Origin: Coniocarpon cinnabarinum
Lineage: Eukaryota
Direction of reading: 5' to 3'
Length of the DNA: 46,864 nt
NCBI GenBank assembly: GCA_051942205.1
Contig: JAVECO010000176.1
Coordinates: 1-46,864 of the forward strand
The position numbers and the translations under genes are program-made. Under the pieces are notes generated by a model, which was given only the letters and a program-made list of their open reading frames with translations, was not told the DNA's origin and ran no database searches. Below are positions 1 through 11,393 of this stretch, one piece after another. Positions within the stretch are counted from its first letter, which is position 1; each line of letters starts with the position of its first letter.

Positions 1-180
1 AATTAAACGCGCCTTAACACCCTTTCTACCTAAATCTTAAGATTAGACAGGTAACTTATCTTATAACAAATCTTAGGCACTTAGTCGGCTTAAATCTAAA
101 GCGCTACAATAAGAACTTTAAGTAGACGATAACGAACCTAACACTAGTAGCAATAATAATAATTCTAACTCTAAAAATAA

Positions 181-3100
181 GCACTTAGTAGAGCAAGAAA
201 TTATAAAGCAACACTAGACTAGTATACTCTAGAGACTTTGTATAATCGCCTTTTATAAGAGTAGGCGAAGTACTAAATATAAACTAGATAACCTATAGAA
301 ATATATTAAAATACGCCTATAGAACCTTATTAAATATATAATTAATATATTATAACTAAGACGTGAGTACAATATAAATAGCTTAACAAGTATTAGCCTA
401 CAAATATATTAAGTTATAACTCTAGATAGTTAGGAAATTACTATTATAGAATAAGGAGAAATCTAATGCTATCTTAAGCTAGCTAGAATTTACCTATTAA
501 CTTCTTTTTTAGGGCAATTAGGGAATAAATAGTACCTTCTTAATAGCTTAATTCAATTATACGCTTAATAGACTAGACAAACCCTCTTCTATCCTTAATA
601 TATAGATAAGGAAGAGAGAGGCTAAACCTAGACACAATAATAGTAGGATCTTTTAATCTAGAAATATTAACTATTGTTATTCGATTAAACAATAGGATTA
701 TTTAAGTTCTCCTTAACTCTAGCGTATTTAGGAATTTTATATTAATATAATATATAAAATACTATAGATTACAAATACAAAAGAAATACTATACGTATTA
801 CTTAGATATAGCGGATAGTAACCCTATTAACTACAACAATAGACTAGTTAATATAGAAACTTCTTTAATAAATATATAAATATAGAATTATAAAGAAGAT
901 ATTATTTTTAACGTTACAAACGTTGGATAAAACCTAGCGGTGCTAGGAAGACCCTAGATTAAACACTACAACCCTAACATAAATTAGGCTACTAAAAAGG
1001 TCTACTTTATAAGGTATAACTACTTATAAGAATATACGTTATTCTATAGAATAGATACCCTATAGGCCTAAATAGGGAGTAAGAATAAGGAGCGTAATAA
1101 AGAAATTAAGATAGCCTACACTGCTAAGCTCTAACAACATAATAACTTAGAAGAAGATATTAGTCTAACTTTTAGAGTTATTCTACGCGTAACTTATAAA
1201 TAGAGTTAAGGCTAACGATCTTATACAAGTACTCTAAAGATAAAGAAGATACTAAAGAAATATAGCTAATTCTACTACTTGTTTAAAAAGAAGGAGCTAG
1301 CCTCTACTCTCCTAAAATATTAACTATAGGATTATTTAATATCTTTATTACTAGATTAATAACTAACATTTAGACTAATTTATTTATTATTAGAAAAAGA
1401 AAAAGAGACACAAAAAGAGCAAATTAGTATATTACTATCTAAAGGACATATTATTAAATCCTTGTCCCTAGTAGCCTTACTAATACTCTTTGTACTAAAG
1501 AAAAACAGTAAACTACGGATATATGTCGATTATTGATCGCTTAATAATAAAATAGTTAAAGATAGATTACCTCTACCTCTTACTAACAAAATTTAAGATA
1601 ATCTTTATAAAGCAAAGGTGTTTATATTACTTGACATTATATTAGCATATAATAAGATCTAAATAGATAAAAAATGTTAATAGCTTACTACTATAAGAAC
1701 TAATATAGGGCTCTATAAATAGCGAGTTATACCTTTTAGGTTAATAAACGCTCTAGCAATATTTTAGAAGTTTATTAATAATATGCTAAGGCAATACCTA
1801 GGTGTATTCTATTACGTATATATAGATAATATACTAGTCTACTTAAAAACAATTTAAGAATATAAAACGTATATTTAAAAGGTATTAGGATGTTTGGCTA
1901 AAGCCAACCTTCAGCTTAACCCTAACAAGTGCGAATTCTACAAGGAATTAGTTAAATTTTTAGGATTTATAATTATAGCTAATAAGTTTAAAATAGAAAA
2001 ATCTAAAGTTTAAGCAATTATTAACTAGCCGGAGTTAAAATTAGTTAAAGAAGTTTAACAGTTTTTAGGCTTCGCTAATTTCTACTAACGTTAGATTAAA
2101 GATTATTTAAAAATTATTTTACTATTAATAGAATTAACTAAATTAGACAAACCTTAGGAATAGACAGAAACAGAGAGGAATACTTTTAATAAAATTAAGG
2201 AAAGCTTTAAAATAGGCATAGTACTCGCAGTATTTAATCCTAATCTACTAATTACTCTAAAAATTAACTTAAGTAACTTTACTATTAGAGCAGGCATTAG
2301 TTAACTATACAAAGGAAAACTATAACTAGTAGCCTTTTACTTAAGAAAGCTCTTACTAATAGAAGTTAGGTATAATATCTATAATAAAGAGCTACAAGCT
2401 ATTATTATATCGTACAAGTAATAGAGACACTACTTTAAAGGTACAAAACATACTATCTAGGTCTACACTAATTATCTAAACCTTACCCACTTTATAACAA
2501 TAAAACAGCTTAACAGACAACAAGGCTATTAAGTTAAGATTTTATTACCTTATAATTTAAAGATTAATTATAAGAAAGGATCTAAAAACGCAAGAGCAGA
2601 TGCTCTAAGCTAACAACTAGATTATATAAAAAATAAACTAAAACTAAATTACGTAATATTTAAAAAACAAGGGAACATAATATATTATTAACGATATAAG
2701 CTTATAATACTTAATACTAGTATAATTAAACCTAATTATATACTTAACGCAATTAAACAAGAAACACTAAAGAATTCAGAAATTTAGCAATTTAGGAATA
2801 TTACTTAGTAAAATAATCTAACCTTAATAAAGTTAGATTACAGATATTATAAGTTTTAGGGTAGGATCTACGTCCCTAAGAAACTAACAACCTAGGTTAT
2901 CTCTAATTTCTACGACTTACTAACCTATAGACACCCTAGTATTAAGCGAACGCTTAAACAAATCATAAGAACGTATTACTTCCTAAGAATAAGACAACAA
3001 GTTAAAGAATATATTTAGAGATATAACATATACGCTAGAACAAAGCACTCGAGATATTTACTATACAGAGAACCGCAATATACTAAAATTCTACTATAAC

Positions 3101-4194
3101 TATAGTATACTATTACCCTAGATTTTATAACAAAACTACCAAAATCTAACTTTATAGGATAAGGTAGGTACAATATAGTGTACGTTATTATAGACAAATT
3201 AACTAAATTTATATATTTTCTACCTATATACAAGGGATCTATAGTAGAATCTACGGTAAAAAGAATTATTGCTTATATTTAGGCAATATATAGAACTCTA
3301 GAAAAAATAATCTTAGATAGAGACTAAAAATTTATCTCTAAATTCTAGAAAGAAATTATATCTGTCTTAGGTATCGTTTATAGGATATCTATAGCTTACT
3401 ACCTATAGACGGATAGCCAAACTAAACGAATAAACTAAACTCTTAAACAATACCTACAAATATTCGTTAACTATAATTAAGATAATTAGGCAGACCTATT
3501 ACTAGTCGCAATAATAGCCTATAATATATTAAAAAACGAAATAACTTAGTTCTTACTATTTAAGGCACTTTATAGATTCTAGCCACCGTTTAGAAAGACT
3601 ACTTCTTATACGATAGACAACTTAGAAGCAACTAGATTCACTAATAAGACAAAATAAATACATTAGCAGCTTTAAGACGATATTAGATTCTTATAGGCTA
3701 GAACTTTTAAATTTATAAAATATACCCTAATACTAGTAGGCCTTAAGGAAGAGGGTAGAGCATACCTGCTTATAAAAAATATTAAGACTTAAAGACTAAG
3801 CAAAAAACTAGACTATATAAGAACCGGACCTTTTAAAATACTCTAATAAATTAGTACAGTTAATTTTAAACTTAAACTGCTACCTTAGATAAAAATACAC
3901 CCTATATTTTATATTATACTTCTTAAACTAGCATATAGCGACAAACCTAAAAGACCTAACCCTACTATTAACAAGGATAGTGAAGAACCTAAATATAAGG
4001 TTAAGTTAATATTAGCCGAACAAGTGCGATAACAAATAAAATAGTATCTAATTAAATAGAAAGAATATAAAAACTATAAGAATACTTAGGAGCTAGTAAT
4101 AAATCTTACTAACTATAACGATAAACTTAGGGTATACAAGCAAAAGAGAAACTCTAGGAACTTGCTAAAAGTATAGCTAAGCCCTAAATTCTAA
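181..4194 (+). pseudogene. pol: pol polyprotein relic (PR-RT-RH-IN-chromodomain)
   Basis: All recognised motifs fall in frame +1. Disruption is by in-frame stops consistent with C>T/G>A RIP transitions. Both ends are approximate. Confidence 0.9.
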
Positions 4195-4281
4195 ATGCTA
4201 CCTATAGGATTTAAACCTATAAATACGATAAATTATAATAACTTGTTCTACGTTATTACTAACTATAGTATATTACTATCG

Positions 4282-4976
4282 CTGTTTATTAGCGTAAACT
4301 AACTTAGTTAATAATAACAAATAAGGATAGCGATGCTAGATTCTAATATATTTAATATATTAACTACCTAGCGCACGCACCTTAGAACCCTTATTAGGGG
4401 TATCTATAGTAAATTCGCTATTCTACTAAGATACCGGACTACTACTAAGCTTAGAGTACGCTTTCACTAAGAAATTAACCTACAAGCTACTATCTACTAT
4501 AACTATGTTACCACCTAACATAGCAGCTAACTATTCTTTCTTTTTAAGAGCGTTATCTTGACTTAGTTTATCCTTAGTAGAAGCGCATAGCATATTACGC
4601 TTATTCTAAAGAGCCTTAATAGCCTCTTTCTTCTTAATAACTAAGAAGTAACTTTCTTTTAACCTCTTCTTCGCTTATTAAAGACAATCTAACACTTTCT
4701 AATACTTTGCTTAAATAGACTTAGCTATACTTAATTAGCTAAGGTCTAGAAATATTATAGGTAGTATATACCTTCTTCTAATAATAGATAAATATTATAT
4801 ATCTTCCCTAGACAAGTATACTAAGCATAAATATAACTACTAGGTTAAATCTTATAACTAGCCTTTGCTTAAGAATATCGCGAATAGGGAGGTATTTTAA
4901 ATCTATATAAATTAATAAGGATAGACTATGTCTATCTATAATTAGCTAACAACTTAGGCTTTTAGAAACGACCTAT
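4282..4976 (-). pseudogene. RIP-mutated antisense gene inside the retrotransposon: Zn(II)2Cys6-like domain plus coiled-coil region, with intron(s)
   Basis: The minus strand reads ...FKIPPYSRYS*AKASYKI*PSSYIYA*YTCLGKIYN. Six TAT codons (TGT>TAT under RIP) are spaced Cx2Cx6Cx8Cx2Cx6C at 4886-4797. A 47-nt GT..GCTAAT..TAG intron (4771-4725) restores frame into a K/E/A/L-rich helical stretch. A second possible intron GTGCGT..GCTAAT..CAG lies at 4380-4282. Candidate start ATA (from ATG) at 4976. The 3' end is uncertain. Confidence 0.7.
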
Positions 4977-5068
4977 AGCTACTTACTAGAAGAAAACAAA
5001 ATTAGAAGCAAATAATAGGAAGGAACGTAGTTTTAAGAGATCTTAGTTAAGCTAGGACAACTTAACTT

Positions 5069-5080
5069 AAAGAGAGGGGA
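5069..5080 (+). other. Polypurine tract (PPT) of the retrotransposon
   Basis: AAAGAGAGGGGA lies 3 nt upstream of the 3' LTR start. Confidence 0.8.
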
Positions 5081-5083
5081 TTA

Positions 5084-5579
5084 TATTACGCCCTAGCCTT
5101 ACACTAGCTCTAGAGGAGACTAGGGGTAGGCTAGACCGCAATATAGGATTAAAATAATAGGACTAATAGTATATCCGCCTTATATAATAAGTTAGACGGC
5201 TATAGATGCCTGCTATATAAGATACCTAACTAAGCGGCTATATACCTGTAGCGACTATCTTGCCTACTAGTAACCATCTTTCTTGCTAGCGGCTATCTAT
5301 CTTAGAGCGGCTACTAATAGTATATCTATATATACCTTAGTCTATATAGTTAGACTAATGACCCTCTCTTATAGATAGTCTTTAGTCTACTAACTTATAA
5401 GTTTAAATATAATCTACTTTATTTAAACTAAGTTATAAGCTTTATACTTTACTAAAACCCCTTATTCCTAATCTAAATAAGACTTAAGAGCGAGTCCTCT
5501 AGCCTTAGAACCTCTAGCTCTCTTTCTAACCGTGTTGTAATAGGAAGCCACTAAGGGATTACCCTAACCCTACGTAACA
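5084..5579 (+). repeat. 3' LTR (~496 bp)
   Basis: Starts TATTACG (RIP form of TGTTACG) right after the PPT and ends CGTAACA, forming a 7-bp terminal inverted repeat TG...CA. Confidence 0.85.
5196..5313 (+). repeat. Degenerate tandem array (17-19 bp period) of AGCGGCYAT-like units in the LTR
   Basis: Cores at 5197 CGGCTA, 5235 CGGCTA, 5252 CGACTA, 5271 TAACCA (possibly heavily mutated), 5290 CGGCTA, 5308 CGGCTA. A TATA-like tract follows at ~5321-5335. Confidence 0.7.
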
Positions 5580-6985
5580 CGTTCCTAGGTGCTACGTACT
5601 TACTAACTATAGCTTGCCTAACACGCTAGTTATAAGAAGAAGCTAAATTAGAAAGCTCTATATAGTACTATGTTCTCTAGCTATAGACGTCTTATATGCT
5701 ACTATACCGCTATAGTAATAGTATACTGTATAGCGTATAGTAAGCTATATACCCTTACTACTATAGGCAATAGTATATAAGCTATATAGGCAGCTTCTAT
5801 GTTATATGCTTAGTCTATTAGTATATAACCCTAGGTAGTAACTTATATATAAGCTTTCCTCTTTAGAAAAGAAGTACATATGCTTAGGGTTTATTACTCT
5901 CTTAGCGCCTTTTGCGCTACTACCTCTTTAGGTAACTTGCTATACTACCTTCTTTAGCGATCTATATAGATAATATTATTACTACTTCCTACTAGTAGTA
6001 CGTATAAGTAATTAGTAGGAAATATATAGGGCTTAAACCTAGTACCCTCTAGATTATAGGCTACTAAATAGAGAAGGTTATAACCTTAACTATTTAGTCG
6101 TCTTAAATATTATGTAAGAGTAGTATTCTACGCTATAACTACTACGCTATACTAAAAGGAATGTTACGTATTATATTTAAGATATGTAATAGCGTAGAAT
6201 AGTGCTATATTATAAGGATTATAACCTTTAAGCTCTTATTACTACCTAAGGACGGCCTAACTATAAAAGACGTTATATAGAGAAGAAGAAAGCTTCTCTA
6301 TAATAAGTCTATCTTAAATAATTATATGCTAAGCTCTTAGGGTTGTATACCCTATTGCATTATATAATTCCTTACATCTAGATCTAAATTCTTATATTAT
6401 ATAGATAATTCTCTACTAAAAAACATACTAATATTTATTTATTAAAATAGTTATTATTATAATATTTACTATTATAGTATAATACTTATATACTAAGTAA
6501 TTTAATAATATTAATACTAATATCTTAGCTAAATTTTAATAAATTAATTCTTTTTTTAAATAAATATAATTACTATAACTTATTTTTATTACTTAGTATA
6601 AATAGTTAATATAAAAGACTTAATTAATCTTACTACTATTATTATTATTATAATAAAATATTAAAAACCTAGATCTTATTCTAGTTATCTAGTATTATAT
6701 ACTATAAATATAAGATATAATACTAAATATTATAGTATTTAAATAGATATAGTATAATCTTTTATAGCTACTATATTTTTTAGTACTAGAAATATATATA
6801 TACTTTAGTCATCTTCTCTATAGCTCTATACTAAATACTATATAATTATAACCTTACTTTTTAACTACTTATACTTATATAGTAGTATATTTTATAGTAG
6901 AGCTAAAAATATAATACTAAGTATAGTTAATACTATAATATACGTTTATATAATTGTACGTAACGTTAGTTAACTATAGTAAGAT
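5580..6985. repeat. RIP-degenerated repeat DNA of unidentified class, becoming extremely AT-rich after ~6390
   Basis: TpA-rich and CpA/TpG-poor, with no ORFs. Abrupt switch to balanced GC at ~6985. Confidence 0.7.
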
Positions 6986-7015
6986 TGCAACTTCTAACGT
7001 GTCCAGACTACCTAT

Positions 7016-8150
7016 TCAAACGCTGCTATACCTCTTTGTTGTCTGACTCCATATCTGTATTGCGCTATTAGCAAGAGCGTGTTTAACTTCTCTGTACCTG
7101 ACCAGCATCTTACCTCGTTTCCTGACATTTGATACTCCACTCCCTTTAAATACACCGCCAGTTTTCGCGGATCCATTTCTGGCTCTCGTTGAATCTCATC
7201 CACCAGCTCGTAATGCCTCGCTTCCCACTGTCGGCACACAGTCCATAATGTTCGTCTGGCCGCTGCGTCACTGATTCCCATTTCTTCAGCGAGGACACGC
7301 ACCGCGTTACAAAGCACCGAGCCTTCACGATGGCCGCTTTGAGCCTTTCTCAACTCCTTATCAAAGCTGTAAATGTCATTCACGACGGCAATGTGCTTCG
7401 CAGAATTCTCTTCGATGACTTGCACAATAGCTGCTTCGTTGAAGTCCATGTCGATATTCATCACGAAACACATGAGCGCTGAGAGGAGCCTGAAGAGCAT
7501 GTCAATACTCATCCTATACAACAAGCAGTAGCAAGCGAGACTCAGTACTCTTTGCCGACGTCGCGATCCCTGTATCTCAAGTAGCTCCCTATGCACGTCA
7601 TCTGGCGGCGTTGCTCATCCGTCTGAGCTCTCATGAAGACGAACGTAGCATTAGCTGTTCTCATGGCTTGATCACAGTCGCACTGCCTCATCTCACGCCA
7701 CAAGTCAAACATGAGCACCTGCTCAGGCTTGTTCGGATCGGGCTCTCTTTCTCCACGAATCACAGGCACAAGATTGTCGTTATAGTCGCGTCCCTCATGG
7801 AAGGAAAGGTCTTCCAGGACATCTGCGTCATCAGATCAGCCCGTTTCGTACGAACGTGAGCTCGCTCTCTCTTGGGCTTCACCGTCGATCAATAATAGAA
7901 TAGAAAGCAATCGACAAGCAAAGGCGATGCGGCTACCGAGTGCCATTGGAAAATAAAGGCATGTAACACGTGGGAAATCAGCCGCAAGGCAAGGAACTTT
8001 GCTTTCGCTGTTTCATCCTCGAAAATCCAAGTACTGAGAATCTGTCGATTTGATGAGGACGCAAGTAAGGCGAGGTCTTCATGAATCGCGTTGTGTAGAA
8101 TAGTGGGAGGGCTTAGGATGATCGAGGGTGAATTTGCCTTGGAAGACGCA
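7016..8150 (-). pseudogene. Aristolochene synthase-like sesquiterpene cyclase with a frameshift (probable pseudogene or null allele)
   Basis: Spliced translation gives PPTILH..WIFEDETAKAKFL / ADFPRVTCLYFP..FACRLLSILLLIDDVLE (DDxxE), TFVFMRAQTD, YRDRDVGK, NDIYSFDKE (NSE/DTE), QMSGNE-IWSQTTKRY (WxxxxxRY), stop TGA at 7018-7016. This closely resembles Penicillium/Aspergillus aristolochene synthases. A GCAAG duplication at 7984-7993 shifts the frame. The start codon could not be resolved. Confidence 0.88.
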
Positions 8151-9620
8151 CTTGGTAAAATGTCAGCTTACGAGTGCAATTGTCGCCAACTCAACTTAAC
8201 GTCTGCTGTTGCGAGATCCAGGAACGTAAAGATCCTGCTTTCTCGAACCAAATACCAATGTAGATACCCAAAGCACTCAGAAACGAAGTCATGATCCCCA
8301 GGCTTAATCTTGATGCTTAGTTCGCCGCCACTACACGTTACAGCTCTCGCCGAGTGATATATCACTTCGCTTTGCAAGTTGGCACAGCAATACATGTGAT
8401 GTTATTGGACGTTGCCTCGTCTGACCTCTCTCTGTAGTCCTTCAGCAGGCGTGCATGCCCGATCAGGAAAACTCCGAGGGCTTCCGCCAGCCGCATGACT
8501 TGTGCATAGACCGATTCTGAGGCTACGGAATGGATTTCAGATCAACGTGCCGGGTCAGGCGTGCAAACATTTTCAATGCGAGCGACTGAGTCGTACGTCC
8601 GCTGATCCCAGGATCGCTGAAAGTGACATCCCTTAAAATCATGGAGTCAACCATTTAAGCGTCCTCATAGCGTGTCCGTCTTCTTTCTCTGCGCCGTCCA
8701 GTTACAAACATGGAAATATTCCGACTGCACTGAACAAGTTTTTATCTCGATTGGCTACCTCGTCAGCCTTGATGCGCTAACGATCGTCTTGATTGTCACT
8801 GATCTGCACTAACAGTTGGGTACTCTTGCTGAGTTCTCGGTCTTCGCATCACTTGCGATCGGAGAACTATGAATCGGGCTGGTGACATATGTACATGGAT
8901 CAGCATCAGGCGCATCATAAGCGCAGACAAGACGGGAGCTCGGGCACTAATGATTCAGGCCCCAGCAGCAATCTTAACAGAAAAGTGCTCCTCCTCTCAA
9001 AGCATACTAATCATCTTCAGCTTGCAGTAGCCGGTATTCTGCCGTACGCTGCGAGGCTGAATCACATAGGCTGTCTCGCGAGATGGCGTCATGCGGACGG
9101 CTCATTTGGTTCACAACGGAATTCCGAGACAAAGGCATACAGAATGCACGGATCATGACTTCGCTATACCTAGCCTCACGCCTGCATGTCATTCAAGCCT
9201 CCCCTCAAGGCAATATCATGATCATTGGATGATGGCCGGAAATGGTATCAAGTGCGCTCGCTGATAAACAATTTTCCTTGCAGAGTTGACGTAAGGGCAC
9301 ACCTGTAGGCGCGCTACGATACAGACTTCCCGCTATTCAATGATTCATTCATCAAGATATCGCAGAGCTGATTCGCGTCTTTCCGGTCCAAACGTATTCG
9401 AAAATCCTCTGCAGCGTCGATCTCCTGCACTCTGACTGCTTTGAAATCATCTGCGAGCTTTAACAGACACGGGCGACTTCGCTTCGAAACCAATTCAATC
9501 CGATTGAGCCTGAACATATAAATTTTTAACAGACGTATGCTCCGGCGCGCCATCCTGAGAGATAATCGAACGTGCACACAGTTTCTTGCACCCATTATTT
9601 TGGGTATTCAACAGGGCACG

Positions 9621-11178
9621 ATGTCAGGACCTGTGCTGAAATTATTTGCCTTTGTCATTGTCATCTTGAGGTCTCTGGTAGCTGGAAGCTTGAGTGCATT
9701 ACCAAACAGCGAGCTGGGACAAGGCTGCGGAGCACTTGGGTCTCATTTTTCAGACCTTGTTTATTGGCCAGGTTCCCAAAAATATCAGAATGAGTCTACC
9801 AGTTTGTTAAGCACTCATTATTAGTGTGTGCAAGAGCTAACCGATGTGAGGTTTCTGGAGCGAGTCTACACTACTTCGCCCAGAGTGTGTCTTTGCGCCT
9901 GTTACCACTGACGACTTGTCAACAGCTCTCATCTTCCTTGAAAGCACTGCAACAGCGTTCGCCGTTCGAGGCAACGGCCACATGCCCAACAGAGGGGCGG
10001 CTTCCATCAACAAGGGTGTTCTGATTGCTTTGACGAACCTCAATACATTGCATTTCAATGAGGAATCTGATGTTGTAAGCATCGGACCCGCCAACAGATG
10101 GCAAGATGTCAATGCATACCTGCAACCTCGGAGCAGGTTGGTGCTAGGAGGTCGTGTCGATACCGTCGGGACCTCCGGTTTCTTTCTTGGAGGTGGAATC
10201 AGCTTTTTCAGTGGCCTTCTCGGCTGGGGTGCGAACAGTGTCGTTAACTATGAGATTGTCATTTCCAATGGCAGCGTATTAAACGCCAACAAGAGCAGTC
10301 ATTCAGACCTCTGGTGGGCGCTCAAAGGCGGTTTCAGCAACTTCGGTATCGTGACTAGATTTGATGTCCAGACATATCCTCTTAGTCAAGTTTTTGGCGG
10401 GACGATTTTCGTGAATGACACTGGAGCGTCACAATTCCTGGATGCTCTGGCATCTTTTACCAACCTTGGGGGAGGAATCGACGATAAAGAAGCTGGAATT
10501 ATGCCATCTATTCATCTCTATCCCAGTGAAGGCATTATTGGTGGTAATGCGGTCATTGTTCGCAATGGCTCGGAATCTAACCCCGCTTCGCTCCGGAACT
10601 TCACCGCTATCCCATTACCCAACGACGTACGGCTCCGCAACTACAGTGAGCTGGTTGTCACTGAATCGGGATCGGAGGGCTCACGGCATTCACGATGGTC
10701 ATTCATGACAACAGCTTTTGTCGCAAGCCAGGAAGCTGTCTATTTGGCCAACGAGACACTTTCTCAGCCGATCCTCGACCGCCTCGCCGATGTGGAAGGA
10801 CGCTTCGTGGCCTTGAGCATGCAACCAATCAACTGGGCTCAGCAATCCAAGGACATGGCTGGTGATGCAATTGATCTTGACCCCACAGCTGGAAATTTCA
10901 TATCCTTCAACATCATCGTGCAATGGCACAATGTGGCTGACGATGGATTGGTTAACAAAGTGTCTGCAGAGAGCGTCCTGGCTTTAGAGCAGACCATGAA
11001 AGCTCACGGATGGTGGTATCCTTTTAGATATCTCAATGATGCGCACATGGGGCAGGAGGTATTTTCGCTGTACGGCAATGGGAGCAGCCTCGCAAAATTG
11101 CGTCAGATTCGGAGTTTGTACGACCCTGATGCAGTATTCCAGCGACTGTCACCGGGAGGTTTCAAGGTTGGTCTTTGA
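9621..11178 (+). CDS. Secreted FAD-linked oxidoreductase (FAD_binding_4 / BBE-like)
   Basis: Hydrophobic signal peptide MSGPVLKLFAFVIVIL, one intron (~9802-9849), then FWSE..LRPECVF, VRGNGH (flavinylation His), VGTSGFFLGGG, DLWWALKGGFSNFGIVTRF, YLNDA, YDPDAVFQ. Confidence 0.92.
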
Positions 11179-11393
11179 ACATTGAGCCCGTTTTTTTTTT
11201 CTTTCGCTCTCTGAAGAGCATTGTCTATACTCTGATATAGCGTGAAATGTCAAGGTAGAGGCTACTCACTCCGCATCATACAAGCAGTAGTAAATACACC
11301 GTGCTCTCCAACCTTCCTGTTATGCGAGAACGACTTCTGGCAGTGATTTCTGGCATTTCCAGATGAGACAACAGCATTCGAGCTGATTCCAAT

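Larger units (their letters stand above)
1..5579 (+). mobile_element. RIP-inactivated Ty3/Gypsy LTR retrotransposon (chromovirus), 5' part outside the window
   Basis: Frame +1 carries RIP-degraded domains in Gypsy order: protease VLLNSSVFRNFI (~706; from DSGA), RT LFVLKKNSKLRIYVDY (~1480-1535) and YIDN (1819-1830; from YxDD), RNase H (~2255), integrase FYDLLTYRHPSIKRT (~2908), ITLDFITKLP (3112), SIAYYL*TDSQTKR (3388; from STAYHPQTDGQTER), chromodomain KYKVKLILAE...YLIK*KEY...NT*ELV (~3991-4110). Many TAA/TAG stops, TpA excess, CpA/TpG depletion. Confidence 0.96.

Noticed and set aside
3015..3233. 72-aa minus-strand ORF in the AT-rich block
   Set aside because: Chance ORF antisense to the RIPed integrase; its Y/I/L-rich composition reflects AT bias.
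5196..5313. Periodic short repeats resembling a CRISPR-like array
   Set aside because: Eukaryotic LTR context, units of only 17-19 bp, and no repeat-spacer architecture or cas genes.
6390..6985. Extremely AT-rich tract as a possible centromere, telomere or organellar insert
   Set aside because: No telomeric repeats or recognisable organellar genes; most simply explained as heavily RIPed repeat DNA.
8400..9600. Short ORFs (8889-9158, 9007-9192, 9314-9595) between the cyclase and the FAD oxidase
   Set aside because: No recognisable motifs or convincing exon structure; treated as a divergent promoter region.
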